DNA of 63,606 bases, filler included, from a bacterium (GTDB lineage Bacteria; JAMORN01), in the NCBI GenBank assembly GCA_027063545.1. It is 15 parts of 15 records of this genome, joined end to end, with 100 filler letters (N's around TTAATTAATTAA, not from the genome) between each part and the next. Parts side by side here need not be neighbours in the genome. Positions count along the whole stretch, not along the records: positions 17,723 to 22,031 come from JAMORN010000225.1; positions 22,132 to 26,042 come from JAMORN010000226.1; positions 26,143 to 30,408 come from JAMORN010000227.1; 12 more parts are not named here. One strand, given 5' to 3'. Positions 19,225 through 29,445 of the stretch are shown here, one piece after another; the first letter of the stretch is position 1; each line of letters starts with the position of its first letter. A program made the translations under genes and the position numbers. The notes under the pieces were generated by a model. It was not told where the DNA came from and searched no databases. It saw only the letters and a list, made by a program, of their open reading frames with translations.

Positions 19225-20270
19225 TAATAATATTATCATTATTTTTTTATACAAGAGATTTATTAGCATTACCTATAAACTATAATTTAGTAGATCTGAT
19301 TGATAAAGTAAAATCCTCAATAGTTTCTATTAGTGTTACCTCATATAAGGTTGTTAAAAAGAGTCCTTTTGAAGATCCTTTTTTTAGGGAATTGTTTCCT
19401 TATTTTTCAATGAATTATTTAGAAAAGGTTAAGTATATAGGAACAGGAGTAATAATCTCGGAAAATGGTTATATAATAACCAATTATCATGTAATAGAAA
19501 ATGCAAAAGATATTATAGTTACTTTATATAATAAAAAAAATTATAGGGCAAAAGTGGTTGGTTATGATAAAATAAATGATTTGGCTTTATTAAAGATTAA
19601 TGTTAAAGGGTTAAAATCTATAAAATTTTCCAATAAATTACCCAAGGTAGGGGAATGGGTAATTGCTTTAGGCTACCCTTTAGGGTATATAAATATAAAC
19701 TCATCTCCATCAGCTAGTATAGGGATAATATCAGCTATTAATTTGGATTTTAATTTTATAGAGGAAGGTCATATATATAGAAATATGATACAGACCGATG
19801 CTTCTATAAATCCGGGGAATTCTGGAGGTCCTTTAATAAACTTAAGAGGTAGTATAGTGGGAATAAATACATTTATAATAACCAGAAGTGGTGGAAACGA
19901 AGGAATAGCATTTGCTATTCCTTCTTATAGAGTAAAACTTTTTATAAGTGAGATATTAAAATATGGAAAAGTTAGAGATTTATATTTAGGATTAAAGGTA
20001 AAAAAAGTACAGGGTGAGGTATTAAGAGTTTTAGGATTAAATATTAATCAAGCAGTAGTAATATCTAATATAGACAAGAATTCTCCAGCAGAGAAATCAG
20101 GATTAAAGGTAGGTGATATTATTTTAAAAATAAATGGTATGGAGATAAATAAATTAGTTGATATAGGAATAGCTTTAGTAGGGTTATATCCAGGAGAGAA
20201 AGTTAACTTTTTAGTATATAGAAAGGGTAAGTATATAAATAAGTTATTAAAGTTATCAGGAAAGTTATAA
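19203..20270 (+). CDS. htrA: HtrA/DegP-family serine protease with one PDZ domain; proposed start ATT at 19203 (ORF track uses TTG 19392)
   Basis: TNYHV, DLALL, IQTDASINPGNSGGPL and PDZ. The in-frame upstream extension has a signal peptide and the conserved VKSSIVSI..PFEDPFF segment. Confidence 0.9.
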   Translation: MRKSNILIIILSLFFYTRDLLALPINYNLVDLIDKVKSSIVSISVTSYKVVKKSPFEDPFFRELFPYFSMNYLEKVKYIGTGVIISENGYIITNYHVIENAKDIIVTLYNKKNYRAKVVGYDKINDLALLKINVKGLKSIKFSNKLPKVGEWVIALGYPLGYININSSPSASIGIISAINLDFNFIEEGHIYRNMIQTDASINPGNSGGPLINLRGSIVGINTFIITRSGGNEGIAFAIPSYRVKLFISEILKYGKVRDLYLGLKVKKVQGEVLRVLGLNINQAVVISNIDKNSPAEKSGLKVGDIILKINGMEINKLVDIGIALVGLYPGEKVNFLVYRKGKYINKLLKLSGKL

Positions 20271-20291
20271 TTATACTAAAGGAGAAAAAAT

Positions 20292-20942
20292 ATGAAATTT
20301 GCTGAATGGGGATATTCCACAATAATAATTAGTATAATTTTTTTATTAATACTTGAGTTAATAAATATCTTTGTTTTTAATAATAACAAGATAATCTTTA
20401 TAATTGTTTTCCTTTTAGCTGCTGAGGTACTTTATTTTTTTAGAGATCCGGAAAGAAGTCCTGATATTAACAAAGATACTATTATTATTTCACCAGCAGA
20501 TGGTAAGGTTATTGAAATTATGGAAGGAAAAGATAAGATAATAGGAGAATATATAAAAATTGGTGTATTTATGAATATCTTTAATGTGCATGTAAATAGA
20601 ATTCCCTATGATGGAGAGGTTATTGCTAAAGAATATATAAAAGGAAAATTTTTATCTGCTTTTAATCCAAAGGCTTCTCTTGAAAATGAAAGAAATATAA
20701 TATATATTAAAACTAAGTATGGCAATATAAAAGTTGTCCAAATAGCAGGATTAATAGCAAGAAGGATTATAGATACATTAAAAATTGGCGATAACGTATA
20801 TAAAGGTCAAAGATTTGGAATGATAAAGTTTGGTTCTAAGGTTGATATTTATTTGCCCAAGTATAAGGTAAAAATATTAGTAGAAATAGATGATAAAGTT
20901 TATGCAGGTAAGACTCCTATAGCAGAATTTAAAGGAGAGTAA
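20292..20942 (+). CDS. psd: Phosphatidylserine decarboxylase proenzyme (short type)
   Basis: FFRDPER, SPADGKV, FNVHVNR, QIAGLIARRI, GMIKFGSKVD cleavage motif. Confidence 0.95.
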   Translation: MKFAEWGYSTIIISIIFLLILELINIFVFNNNKIIFIIVFLLAAEVLYFFRDPERSPDINKDTIIISPADGKVIEIMEGKDKIIGEYIKIGVFMNIFNVHVNRIPYDGEVIAKEYIKGKFLSAFNPKASLENERNIIYIKTKYGNIKVVQIAGLIARRIIDTLKIGDNVYKGQRFGMIKFGSKVDIYLPKYKVKILVEIDDKVYAGKTPIAEFKGE

Positions 20943-20944
20943 AG

Positions 20945-21703
20945 ATGCAATTTAAATATTTAATTCCTAATTCATTTACCACCATAAATTTACTTCTAGG
21001 TGTTTTAAGTATATTTAATATTTTAAATATACAGCAAGATGATATTACAGGAATCATAAAATCTTTATGGATAATAGTGATAGCAGGCTTTTTTGATGGT
21101 TTTGATGGTAAATTGGCAAGAATGACAAATACACAATCTAAATTTGGAGTAGAATATGATTCTTTAGCAGATTTAGTTACTTTTGTTTTAGCACCTGCTT
21201 TTATAGTATATAAAATAATACCTCAAAATAATCTTTTTTTTATGTCAACTGTACTTATTTATATAGTAGCAGGAGCGTTAAGATTGGCAAGATTTAATGT
21301 TGTTCAGGGTAGTGAAAAGAAAAAAGGAAAGTTTTTAGGCTTACCTACTCCTGGGGCTTCAGGGACTATTATAGGTTATATGCTTTTTTATATTTATTGG
21401 AAGGATTGTAATATTAATTATAGTTTCTTTATAACAACTTTATCTGTTATTACAATGGTATCAGGATTTTTGATGATAAGTAATATTTATTATGATAATG
21501 TTTATACTATGTTTAAGGTGGAGAGTAGATTATTTAAAATAGGGAAATTTTCAATACCATTTATTGTATTTTTAGGATTATTAATATTTCTATTATTAAC
21601 CAATAGATTATATTATTTCTTTTTTCCACTATCTGTATATTATCATTTAAGAGCCTTTTACAATATGATAAAAGAAAAGGAAAGGGCAAATCAATACGTA
21701 TGA
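20945..21703 (+). CDS. pssA: CDP-diacylglycerol--serine O-phosphatidyltransferase
   Basis: DGFDGKLAR..SKFGVEYDSLAD CDP-alcohol motif, LRLARFN, FLGLPTP; adjacent to psd. Confidence 0.93.
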   Translation: MQFKYLIPNSFTTINLLLGVLSIFNILNIQQDDITGIIKSLWIIVIAGFFDGFDGKLARMTNTQSKFGVEYDSLADLVTFVLAPAFIVYKIIPQNNLFFMSTVLIYIVAGALRLARFNVVQGSEKKKGKFLGLPTPGASGTIIGYMLFYIYWKDCNINYSFFITTLSVITMVSGFLMISNIYYDNVYTMFKVESRLFKIGKFSIPFIVFLGLLIFLLLTNRLYYFFFPLSVYYHLRAFYNMIKEKERANQYV

Positions 21704-22020
21704 AAGAGAGAAAAAAGCTATCGCATCTTTTATTTATAATATTTTTAGCAATAATATTTTCAGGAATATTAGGAGAAATCATAAAGCTATTACCTGATAG
21801 TCCTTTTAGAAGGGCTTTTTTAAATAGTATATTTGAAATTTCTATAGGAATGAAGCCAATAAATAATCTAGATACTATAGTAGATTTAACAACAGCTCAA
21901 CCAGTTATTGTCAATTTAGGTTTTTTTGCTTTTAAATTTGGCTTTATATTTCAGTTTAATTTTATTACATTTTTAAGTATTTTATTAGCTGTATATTTAT
22001 ATAAACTTTATAGACACTAA
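21700..22020 (+). CDS. Small membrane protein (DUF4321-like)
   Basis: Two TM helices flanking NLGFFAFKFGFIFQFNFITFL; ATGA coupling to pssA. Confidence 0.6.
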   Translation: MKERKKLSHLLFIIFLAIIFSGILGEIIKLLPDSPFRRAFLNSIFEISIGMKPINNLDTIVDLTTAQPVIVNLGFFAFKFGFIFQFNFITFLSILLAVYLYKLYRH

Positions 22021-22131
22021 AATAAAAAAGGNNNNNNNNNNNNNNNNNNNNNNNNNNNNNNNNNNNNNNNNNNNNTTAATTAATTAANNNNNNNNNNNNN
22101 NNNNNNNNNNNNNNNNNNNNNNNNNNNNNNN

Positions 22132-22523
22132 ATACCTAATACATCAGGATCATGTTCCTTATCATAAGAAAGTACCCATACATGAATAAAAACATCTCTA
22201 TAAAAATTTTCAGGGAATAAAGGTCTAAAAGTCCTATCTATAAGTCTTGCTGACAATATTTCATTAGGTAAAGCCTTACCTTCTCTCTTAGTAAAACCTC
22301 CTGGTATCTTACCAGCAGCATAAGCCTTTTCTCTATAATCAACAACTAAAGGCAAAAAATCTATATCCTGCCTTTCATCTCCTACAACAACCGCTGCTAA
22401 AACAGTTGTTTCTCCATAAGTTAAAAGACAAGAACTTGTAGCCTGTTTAGCTACTTTACCAATCTCTACAACTAATTTAGTCCCATTAATTTCTTTTTCT
22501 TTTTTTATATATCCCTTAATCAT
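22132..22523 (-). CDS. pnp: Polyribonucleotide nucleotidyltransferase, N-terminal fragment
   Basis: GKVAKQA, DFLPLVVDYREKAYAAGKIPGGF.KREG, RLIDR..RPLFP. Confidence 0.96.
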
Positions 22524-22594
22524 AATAATCTCCTTGTAAACTCATCAAAAAAGAGCTCAACAACCTGAAAGATAATATAATAAATTTTTTTCTT

Positions 22595-22864
22595 TTATTT
22601 TCTTAAACCTAATCTCTTTATAATATCATAATATCTATTTATATCTTTCTTTATTAAATAATTCAAAAGTCTTCTTCTTTTTGAAATCATTTTCATTAAA
22701 CCAACTCTTGAATGATAATCTTTTTTATGAATTTTAAAATGTTCTGTTAATCTCTTTATTCTTTCTGTTAAAATAGCTATTTGAACCTCTGGTGATCCAG
22801 TATCTTTATCATGTAAAGCATACTTTTTTATAATTTCTTGCTTTTCTTCTTTTGTTAAATTCAT
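22595..22864 (-). CDS. rpsO: 30S ribosomal protein S15
   Basis: [29 protein letters not shown]. Confidence 0.98.
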   Translation of the reverse strand: MNLTKEEKQEIIKKYALHDKDTGSPEVQIAILTERIKRLTEHFKIHKKDYHSRVGLMKMISKRRRLLNYLIKKDINRYYDIIKRLGLRK

Positions 22865-22869
22865 ACCCT

Positions 22870-23814
22870 TTATACCTCCTTAACAATTTTTTTTATTTTA
22901 TTTATATCTCTGTTTATTTGTTGTTTCAACTCTTCTATATTATTAAACTTTTGTTCTTCTCTTATCTTTTCCACAAATTCTACCATAACCTCTTCATTCT
23001 CTTCTACTTCTATTTTTTTATCAACAACAAATACTTCTATTGTTATATTATTCTCATTAAACGTTGGTTTTCTTCCTATATTACAGGCACCTATATATTT
23101 ATTCCCTTTAATATATATATAAACAAAGTAAACACCTTTGTTTAATATAAACTTCTCTTTGCAGATAGGCTCTATATTTATTGTAGGAAATCCTATATTT
23201 CTTCCTCTACCTCTACCTTTTCTTCTCACACCTAAAATAAAGTAATTATATCCTAATAGAATATTTGCTTTTTTTAAATTGTCCCTTTCTAGTAAATTTC
23301 TTATCAGAGAAGAAGAAATAATATTGTCTTTATCTGTAATTAAATTCTCTATTCTAATGTTTATTCCAACATTTCTAGAAATCTCTTTTATATCTGTATT
23401 CTGTAAATTATACTTCCCCAATCTATGGTTATTGCCTATAACAAAGATCTCTACATTAAAATTTTTCTTTAACAAAAATAAAAAATTTTTAGCATCAATG
23501 TCTTTAATATTTTCAAAATTTAAAACAAATAAATAATCAACAGAAAATTCTTTTTCTAAAAATAAAATTTTTTCATCCAAACACATTAAAACTTTATCTA
23601 TTTTTTTAAAATAAATCTTAGGTAAAATATCAAATGTAAAAATAGCTGTTTTATAGTCTTTATTAATTTTTTTTTCTAATTCTAATTTATTTAACAAATT
23701 ACGATGTCCTCTATGAATTCCATCAAAGCTACCTAAAGTTGATATTAATTTTTGTTCTTTTATACTAAAAGAATAAATATCATCTATTTTTACTATTTCC
23801 ATAAAGTTAATCAC
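22870..23814 (-). CDS. ribF: Bifunctional riboflavin kinase/FAD synthetase
   Basis: [42 protein letters not shown]. Confidence 0.94.
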   Translation of the reverse strand: MINFMEIVKIDDIYSFSIKEQKLISTLGSFDGIHRGHRNLLNKLELEKKINKDYKTAIFTFDILPKIYFKKIDKVLMCLDEKILFLEKEFSVDYLFVLNFENIKDIDAKNFLFLLKKNFNVEIFVIGNNHRLGKYNLQNTDIKEISRNVGINIRIENLITDKDNIISSSLIRNLLERDNLKKANILLGYNYFILGVRRKGRGRGRNIGFPTINIEPICKEKFILNKGVYFVYIYIKGNKYIGACNIGRKPTFNENNITIEVFVVDKKIEVEENEEVMVEFVEKIREEQKFNNIEELKQQINRDINKIKKIVKEV

Positions 23815-24704
23815 ATAAATTTCAAATAATTATAATTCTTATCAATAATAGCTAAAAGTTCTCCTGTATATTCATCAAATACAGGATAAAAATTCGCCTT
23901 ATATATTCCTTTATTAATTGGATATCCCCTTAGAGGTAATTTTATTCCATTTTTTAATTTTCTTATTACATTTATATTTGAGACATAGATTCTATCAAAA
24001 AGTTTTAAAAAATTATTTATATCTATAGAAAATCTATCAAGGTCATCTATAGAATTAATATCATCTAATCTAACACAATCTTTTAATTTAAAAATCCAGT
24101 TTTTAAGTCGTATAAGAGAATTTACTACTGCCCCAGTTCCTAAAAATTCTCCAATATCATTAACTAGTGACCGGATATATGTTCCTTTAGAAACTTTTGA
24201 AATAAAACAAAACTCATTATTATTAAATTCTAATAATCTAGACTTTATATAAACCTTTTTAGATTTTAGTTTAGGCTTTTGATTATATTCTCTAACCCAT
24301 TTATAAGATGGTAAACCTTTCCATTTTTTTGAAGAATATAAAGGTGGTTGTTGAATTATATATCCTGAAAATTTTTTTAAAGCTTTCTTTATTTCCTCCT
24401 CTGATATAGGTCTTGTTATATCTTGCTTTATTAATTCTCCCTCAATATCATACGTATCACTTTTATAACCTAAAATAGCTTTTACCAAATATAATTTATA
24501 ATTATCACAGAAAATATCCTGAAACTTAGTGGCTCGATTAAATAAAAGTATAACAACCCCCTCAGCAATAGGATCAAGAGTCCCTGTATGCCCAATTTTT
24601 ATTTTATTTAACTCTTTTAACTTTCTTCTTAAATTCCTTATAATATCAAACGTAGATAATCCTTTGGGTTTATTTATACATAAAATAGCATCTTTATTAA
24701 ACAT
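23811..24704 (-). CDS. truB: tRNA pseudouridine(55) synthase
   Basis: KIGHTGTLDP, QQPPLYS, SKGTYIRSL. Confidence 0.95.
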   Translation of the reverse strand: MFNKDAILCINKPKGLSTFDIIRNLRRKLKELNKIKIGHTGTLDPIAEGVVILLFNRATKFQDIFCDNYKLYLVKAILGYKSDTYDIEGELIKQDITRPISEEEIKKALKKFSGYIIQQPPLYSSKKWKGLPSYKWVREYNQKPKLKSKKVYIKSRLLEFNNNEFCFISKVSKGTYIRSLVNDIGEFLGTGAVVNSLIRLKNWIFKLKDCVRLDDINSIDDLDRFSIDINNFLKLFDRIYVSNINVIRKLKNGIKLPLRGYPINKGIYKANFYPVFDEYTGELLAIIDKNYNYLKFM

Positions 24705-25695
24705 ATTTTTTTATCTCTTTTAACAACTTTTCCCAAGTTTCTTCAAAAGCTCCATTTATTCTACATCCTGCAGCCTGAGGATGACCTCCCCCCCCAAAAA
24801 CTTTTACTATATCTCTTAAATTTATTCCTTTAACAGCTCTTAATGAATATTTTACTTCATTTTTATCTTCGTATATATAAGCCATAACACCTATTTTAAC
24901 GCCTCTTAACTTTAATGTGTAATCAACAAATCCTTCTGTATCAGATTTTGATGCATTATACTTTTCTACAATAGATTGAGGTAATTTAAAAAGACACAGT
25001 TTCCCATCTAATAAAAGTTCCATATTATCTAACACATAAGACAATAATTTATATTTTATAGGAGATTCATTGGAAAATAATACCCTATAAATTTCTGAAC
25101 AATCAATACCTGTTTCACATAATTCAGATACAATATCAAATACCTCTTTTGTTGTATTTGAATAAGCAAATCTTCCTGTATCTCCGAGGATTGTTATATA
25201 TATAAGTTCTGCAAAAACTTTATCTATATTATAATCAATAAATTTTGCAAAATTATATACAATAACACCTGTAGCAGCAGCTCCTGGTATTATTATATTT
25301 AAATCTCCAAATCTTTCATTATCTCCATGATGATCTATAACCAATTTAGGTAAATTTTTCGTATAATCTCTTAAAAATTCTGGAACTCTTTTCCAATCAC
25401 TTGTATCCAAAGTAACAAGAAGATCAAAAGAATTAAAATCAATATTAGAATCTTCTGTTATTACATTTATAGAAGCCCTTTCTGTTACTTTTTGAAAAAC
25501 ATAATCATAAACATTTCTTTCTAAAAATACATACGTATCTTTTTTATAAAATTCCTTTAAAATTTTATAAAAGCTTAAAATACTTCCTAAGCAATCAAAA
25601 TCCGTATTTATATGACCAGAAATAATAATCCTTTTCCCACTAAAATTCTTTAAAAAATTATCTATTTGAGAAAACAATTCCTTATTATTCTCCAT
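24697..25695 (-). CDS. nrnA: DHH-family oligoribonuclease/pAp phosphatase
   Basis: GHINTDFDC, IDHH, GDTGRF, SLRA, GGGGHPQAAG; rbfA-nrnA-truB context. Confidence 0.88.
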   Translation of the reverse strand: MENNKELFSQIDNFLKNFSGKRIIISGHINTDFDCLGSILSFYKILKEFYKKDTYVFLERNVYDYVFQKVTERASINVITEDSNIDFNSFDLLVTLDTSDWKRVPEFLRDYTKNLPKLVIDHHGDNERFGDLNIIIPGAAATGVIVYNFAKFIDYNIDKVFAELIYITILGDTGRFAYSNTTKEVFDIVSELCETGIDCSEIYRVLFSNESPIKYKLLSYVLDNMELLLDGKLCLFKLPQSIVEKYNASKSDTEGFVDYTLKLRGVKIGVMAYIYEDKNEVKYSLRAVKGINLRDIVKVFGGGGHPQAAGCRINGAFEETWEKLLKEIKKYV

Positions 25696-26042
25696 TTCTC
25701 TCTTCCTTTTTTATTTCTCTAAAAATATCTTCAATCCTCATATAAGAAATAAATTCCTTATCATACTCAAAATATAATTTAGGAGTAAAACGCAATATAG
25801 AAAGTCTTTTTAATATATTTTGTAAATCTATTCTTATTTCTTCTAACTTCTCTTTTATTATATCTTGCTTGTCTTGATTTAATAATGTCGCAAAAAATAC
25901 CTTAGCACTTCTCTCGTCTTTTGATAATTTTACTCTTGTAATAGTAATATTTTTTAAATCTATATCATCTATATTCTGAGTAATATAACTAAAAATAGTT
26001 TCTTTTATTGCCTTTTCTTTTCTTTCTTTTTTAAAACTTCTA
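25685..26042 (-). CDS. rbfA: Ribosome-binding factor A (5'-truncated)
   Basis: Manual translation RSFKKERKEKAIKE..ITITRVKLSKDERSAKVFF..LRFTPKLYFEYD..MRIEDIF; canonical position upstream of truB. Confidence 0.88.
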
Positions 26043-26142
26043 NNNNNNNNNNNNNNNNNNNNNNNNNNNNNNNNNNNNNNNNNNNNTTAATTAATTAANN
26101 NNNNNNNNNNNNNNNNNNNNNNNNNNNNNNNNNNNNNNNNNN

Positions 26143-26319
26143 CAAATAACAAGTTGTGTTATGTGGACAGAAGAGATTTTAAATATGAAAAGTAATGGTT
26201 TAGAAAAAGGATTTGAAGTAGGGCCGGGAAAGGTTTTAAAAGGCCTTATAAGGCAGATTGATAGAACAATAAATGTAGTAGTTACAGATAATTTATATAA
26301 TGTAGAAAAAATAGAATAA
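26143..26319 (+). CDS. fabD: Malonyl-CoA-ACP transacylase, C-terminal fragment
   Basis: QITSCVMW..FEVGPGKVLKGLIRQI, directly upstream of fabG. Confidence 0.88.
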   Translation, partial: QITSCVMWTEEILNMKSNGLEKGFEVGPGKVLKGLIRQIDRTINVVVTDNLYNVEKIE

Positions 26320-26334
26320 CAGGAGAGTATACTT

Positions 26335-27081
26335 ATGGGATTGGTAGATGGAAAAATAGCACTTATAACAGGTTCTGCTAGAGGAATAGGGTTTGCCATA
26401 GCCACAAAATTGGCAGAGAATGGAGCAAAAGTTATAATTACAGATATAAATCAAGAAGGTGTGGATAATGCTGTAGCTGAGTTAAAATCAAAAGGTTATG
26501 AAGCATATGGATATATTTTAAATGTAGCAGATTTTGAAAATGTAAAGGAAACATTAGAAAAAATATTGAAAGAGGTTGGAGATATTGATATTTTAGTAAA
26601 TAATGCAGGAATTACAAAGGATAATTTATTATTAAAAATGAGTAAAGAAGATTGGGATGCAGTAATTGGTGTTAATTTAACAGGAACATTTAATACTATT
26701 AAAGTTTTATACAGACATTTTATGAAGAAAAGAAGTGGAAAGATTATAAATATAGCTTCTGTTATAGGATTGATGGGAAATGTTGGGCAGACAAATTATG
26801 CTGCTAGTAAAGCTGGAGTTATAGGTATAACAAAGTCTGTGGCTAGGGAAATGGCTTCAAGAGGCGTTAATGTAAATGCGGTTGCTCCTGGATTTATAAA
26901 AACAGCTATGACTGATAAACTGCCAGAAAATGAAAAGAAGAAGATTTTAGATCAGATTCCTATGGGTAAGATGGGACTTCCAGAAGATGTAGCTAATGTG
27001 GTTTTATTTTTAGCAAGTCCTTTATCAGATTATATAACAGGACAAGTTATAGTTGTTGATGGAGGAATGGTAACATATTAA
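26335..27081 (+). CDS. fabG: 3-oxoacyl-ACP reductase
   Basis: TGSARGIG, NNAGITKD, NYAASKAG, PGFIKT. Confidence 0.96.
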   Translation: MGLVDGKIALITGSARGIGFAIATKLAENGAKVIITDINQEGVDNAVAELKSKGYEAYGYILNVADFENVKETLEKILKEVGDIDILVNNAGITKDNLLLKMSKEDWDAVIGVNLTGTFNTIKVLYRHFMKKRSGKIINIASVIGLMGNVGQTNYAASKAGVIGITKSVAREMASRGVNVNAVAPGFIKTAMTDKLPENEKKKILDQIPMGKMGLPEDVANVVLFLASPLSDYITGQVIVVDGGMVTY

Positions 27082-27125
27082 TCAATAAAAAATAAAAAAA
27101 TTACTAAAAAAAGGGAGGAAAAAAA

Positions 27126-27362
27126 ATGGCAGACATAGCAGAAAGAGTGAAAAAGGTAGTAGCAGAACAATTAGGAGTAGAATTAGAAAAAGTAACAGAA
27201 GAAGCTTCATTTACAGAAGATTTAGGAGCAGATTCTTTAGATATAGTTGAGCTTGCTATGGCTTTAGAAGAGGAATTTGAGATTGAAATTCCAGATGAAG
27301 ATGCTCAAGCCATTAAAACTGTAGGTGATGCTATTGAATATATTAAAAATAAGTTATCATAA
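27126..27362 (+). CDS. acpP: Acyl carrier protein
   Basis: [12 protein letters not shown]. Confidence 0.98.
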   Translation: MADIAERVKKVVAEQLGVELEKVTEEASFTEDLGADSLDIVELAMALEEEFEIEIPDEDAQAIKTVGDAIEYIKNKLS

Positions 27363-27406
27363 TATAATACACTTGGTTATAAAAAGTTTTGGTATAATAT
27401 AATTTT

Positions 27407-27444
27407 AAAGGGAGGCTCTTTTTATAAAGAGCGTCCCTTTTTTT
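27407..27444 (+). terminator. Intrinsic terminator after acpP
   Basis: AAAGGGAGGCTCTTT / AAAGAGCGTCCCTTT stem (one mismatch) followed by a T-tract. Confidence 0.8.
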
Positions 27445-27494
27445 ATATATCTTTTCTAGGGGTAAATAATAAATCTAAACAAGGAGTCTATAGA

Positions 27495-28739
27495 ATGTCT
27501 GAGAATAAGGTGGTAGTTACAGGAATGGGGGTTGTTTCACCTGTAGGTAATAATTTAGAAGAGTTATGGAACAATTTGATAAATGGAGTTTCTGGAGTTG
27601 ATTATATTAAAAATTTTGATGCTTCTAATTTTAGTGTAAAAATAGCGGGGGAGGTAAAAGATTTTGATGAAAGTAAATATTTAGATAAAAAAGAACAAAA
27701 GAAACTTGATAGATTTTTAAAGTTTGCTATCTATGCTGCAATGGAAGCACTTCAGGATGCTAATTTAAATTTAGAGGATGGAAGTGTTGATCCTACAAGA
27801 GTAGCTGTAATAATTGGTTCTGGGATGGGAGGATTAAAAACAATAGAGGATAATCATAGACTTTTGGTTGAGGTAGGATATCATAAAATAAGTCCATTCT
27901 TTGTACCATATTCAATAATAGATATGACTTCAGGAATTGTTTCAATAAAAACAAAGGCAAAGGGAGCAAATTATTCAATAGTATCAGCATGTGCTTCTGG
28001 TGCTAATGCTATTGGTACTGCTTATCTTTTATTAAAGACAGGAAAAGCAGATGTTGTGATTACTGGAGGTACAGAGGCTGCAGTAACTCCTTTAGGCTTA
28101 GGGGGATTTATAGCAGCAAGGGCATTGACAGAGAATAATGATCCTCCACAAAAGGCATCACGACCTTTTGATAAAAATAGAAGTGGTTTTGTTATGGGAG
28201 AGGGAGCAGGTATTTTAATATTAGAAACAGAAGAACATGCTAAAAAAAGAGGTGTAAGAATTTATGCTGAACTTGCTGGGGTTGGAATGACAGGAGATGC
28301 TTATCATATAACAGCACCTGCACCCGAGGGAGAAGGAGCAGCAAGAGCAATAAAAGAAGCTATAAAGGATCTTCCTAAAGAAAAAATAGGATATATAAAT
28401 GCTCATGGGACATCAACAAAATTAAACGATAAAAATGAAACAGCAGCTATAAAGGCTGCATTAGGCGAGGAGTTGGCTAGAAGTATTAATATATCTTCAA
28501 CAAAATCTATGACAGGACATTTACTTGGAGCTGCAGGAGCGGTTGAAGCAATAGTTACAGTTTTGACTTTAGTTAATGGAAAGATTCATCCAACTATTAA
28601 TTATGAAGAGCCGGATCCAGAGTGTGATTTAAACTATACACCTAATGAAGCTGTAGAAAGAGATGTGGAGATAGCATTATCTAACTCTTTAGGATTTGGT
28701 GGGCATAATGTTACATTGGCTTTTAGAAAGGTTAAGTAA
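27495..28739 (+). CDS. fabF: 3-oxoacyl-ACP synthase II
   Basis: SACASG, NAHGTST, KSMTGHLLGAAG, SNSLGFGGHN. Confidence 0.97.
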   Translation: MSENKVVVTGMGVVSPVGNNLEELWNNLINGVSGVDYIKNFDASNFSVKIAGEVKDFDESKYLDKKEQKKLDRFLKFAIYAAMEALQDANLNLEDGSVDPTRVAVIIGSGMGGLKTIEDNHRLLVEVGYHKISPFFVPYSIIDMTSGIVSIKTKAKGANYSIVSACASGANAIGTAYLLLKTGKADVVITGGTEAAVTPLGLGGFIAARALTENNDPPQKASRPFDKNRSGFVMGEGAGILILETEEHAKKRGVRIYAELAGVGMTGDAYHITAPAPEGEGAARAIKEAIKDLPKEKIGYINAHGTSTKLNDKNETAAIKAALGEELARSINISSTKSMTGHLLGAAGAVEAIVTVLTLVNGKIHPTINYEEPDPECDLNYTPNEAVERDVEIALSNSLGFGGHNVTLAFRKVK

Positions 28740-29445
28740 AAATAGAGATGATAAATTAAAAGAATTAGAGAAGTTTTTAAAGGTTAATTTTAAAGATAAA
28801 AAGTTATTGAAGAAAGCATTAAGTCATAGATCTTTTGTTTACTATAAAAAGGGAAATTATTTAGATTCTAATGAAAGATTAGAATTTCTAGGAGATTCTC
28901 TTTTAAATTTTATAATAGTAAATTATCTATATCAAAAATTCCCCCTCAAAAAGGAGGGGGAATTGTCAAAATTGAAATCAGTTATAGTCTCAGAAGAGTT
29001 ATTAGCCAGAACGGTTGAATATTTTAATTTGAATAAATATCTACTTCTAGGACCTTCTGAAGAAAAAATAAATGGAAGAAATAAGCCATCTTTACTGGCA
29101 GATATGTATGAAGCAATAATAGCAGCAATTTATTTAGATAAGAATGGAGGTATTAATAAGGCGAGGGAATTTGTTTATTCTACCCTTATATATATGGTTG
29201 AGAATACCAATATAGTAAAGGAGTTTTATAATTATAAAGGCGAGTTAATAAAATGGTCTAAGAAGCAAAATGTTAAGGTTGAATTTAAGGTTATTTCAAC
29301 TGAAGGAGAAGAACATAATAAGACCTTTACAGTAGAATTATATATAGATAACAAAAAGTTTTCTCAAACACAAGCAAATACTATAAAAAAAGCTCAACAG
29401 AAATTATCTAAAGAAGCATTAAGTATAATAAAAAGAAAATTCTAA
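28708..29445 (+). CDS. rnc: Ribonuclease III (start probably ATG 28708, overlapping the fabF end)
   Basis: NERLEFLGDS, EGELSK, ADMYEAIIAAIYLD, C-terminal dsRBD. Confidence 0.95.
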   Translation: MLHWLLERLSKNRDDKLKELEKFLKVNFKDKKLLKKALSHRSFVYYKKGNYLDSNERLEFLGDSLLNFIIVNYLYQKFPLKKEGELSKLKSVIVSEELLARTVEYFNLNKYLLLGPSEEKINGRNKPSLLADMYEAIIAAIYLDKNGGINKAREFVYSTLIYMVENTNIVKEFYNYKGELIKWSKKQNVKVEFKVISTEGEEHNKTFTVELYIDNKKFSQTQANTIKKAQQKLSKEALSIIKRKF

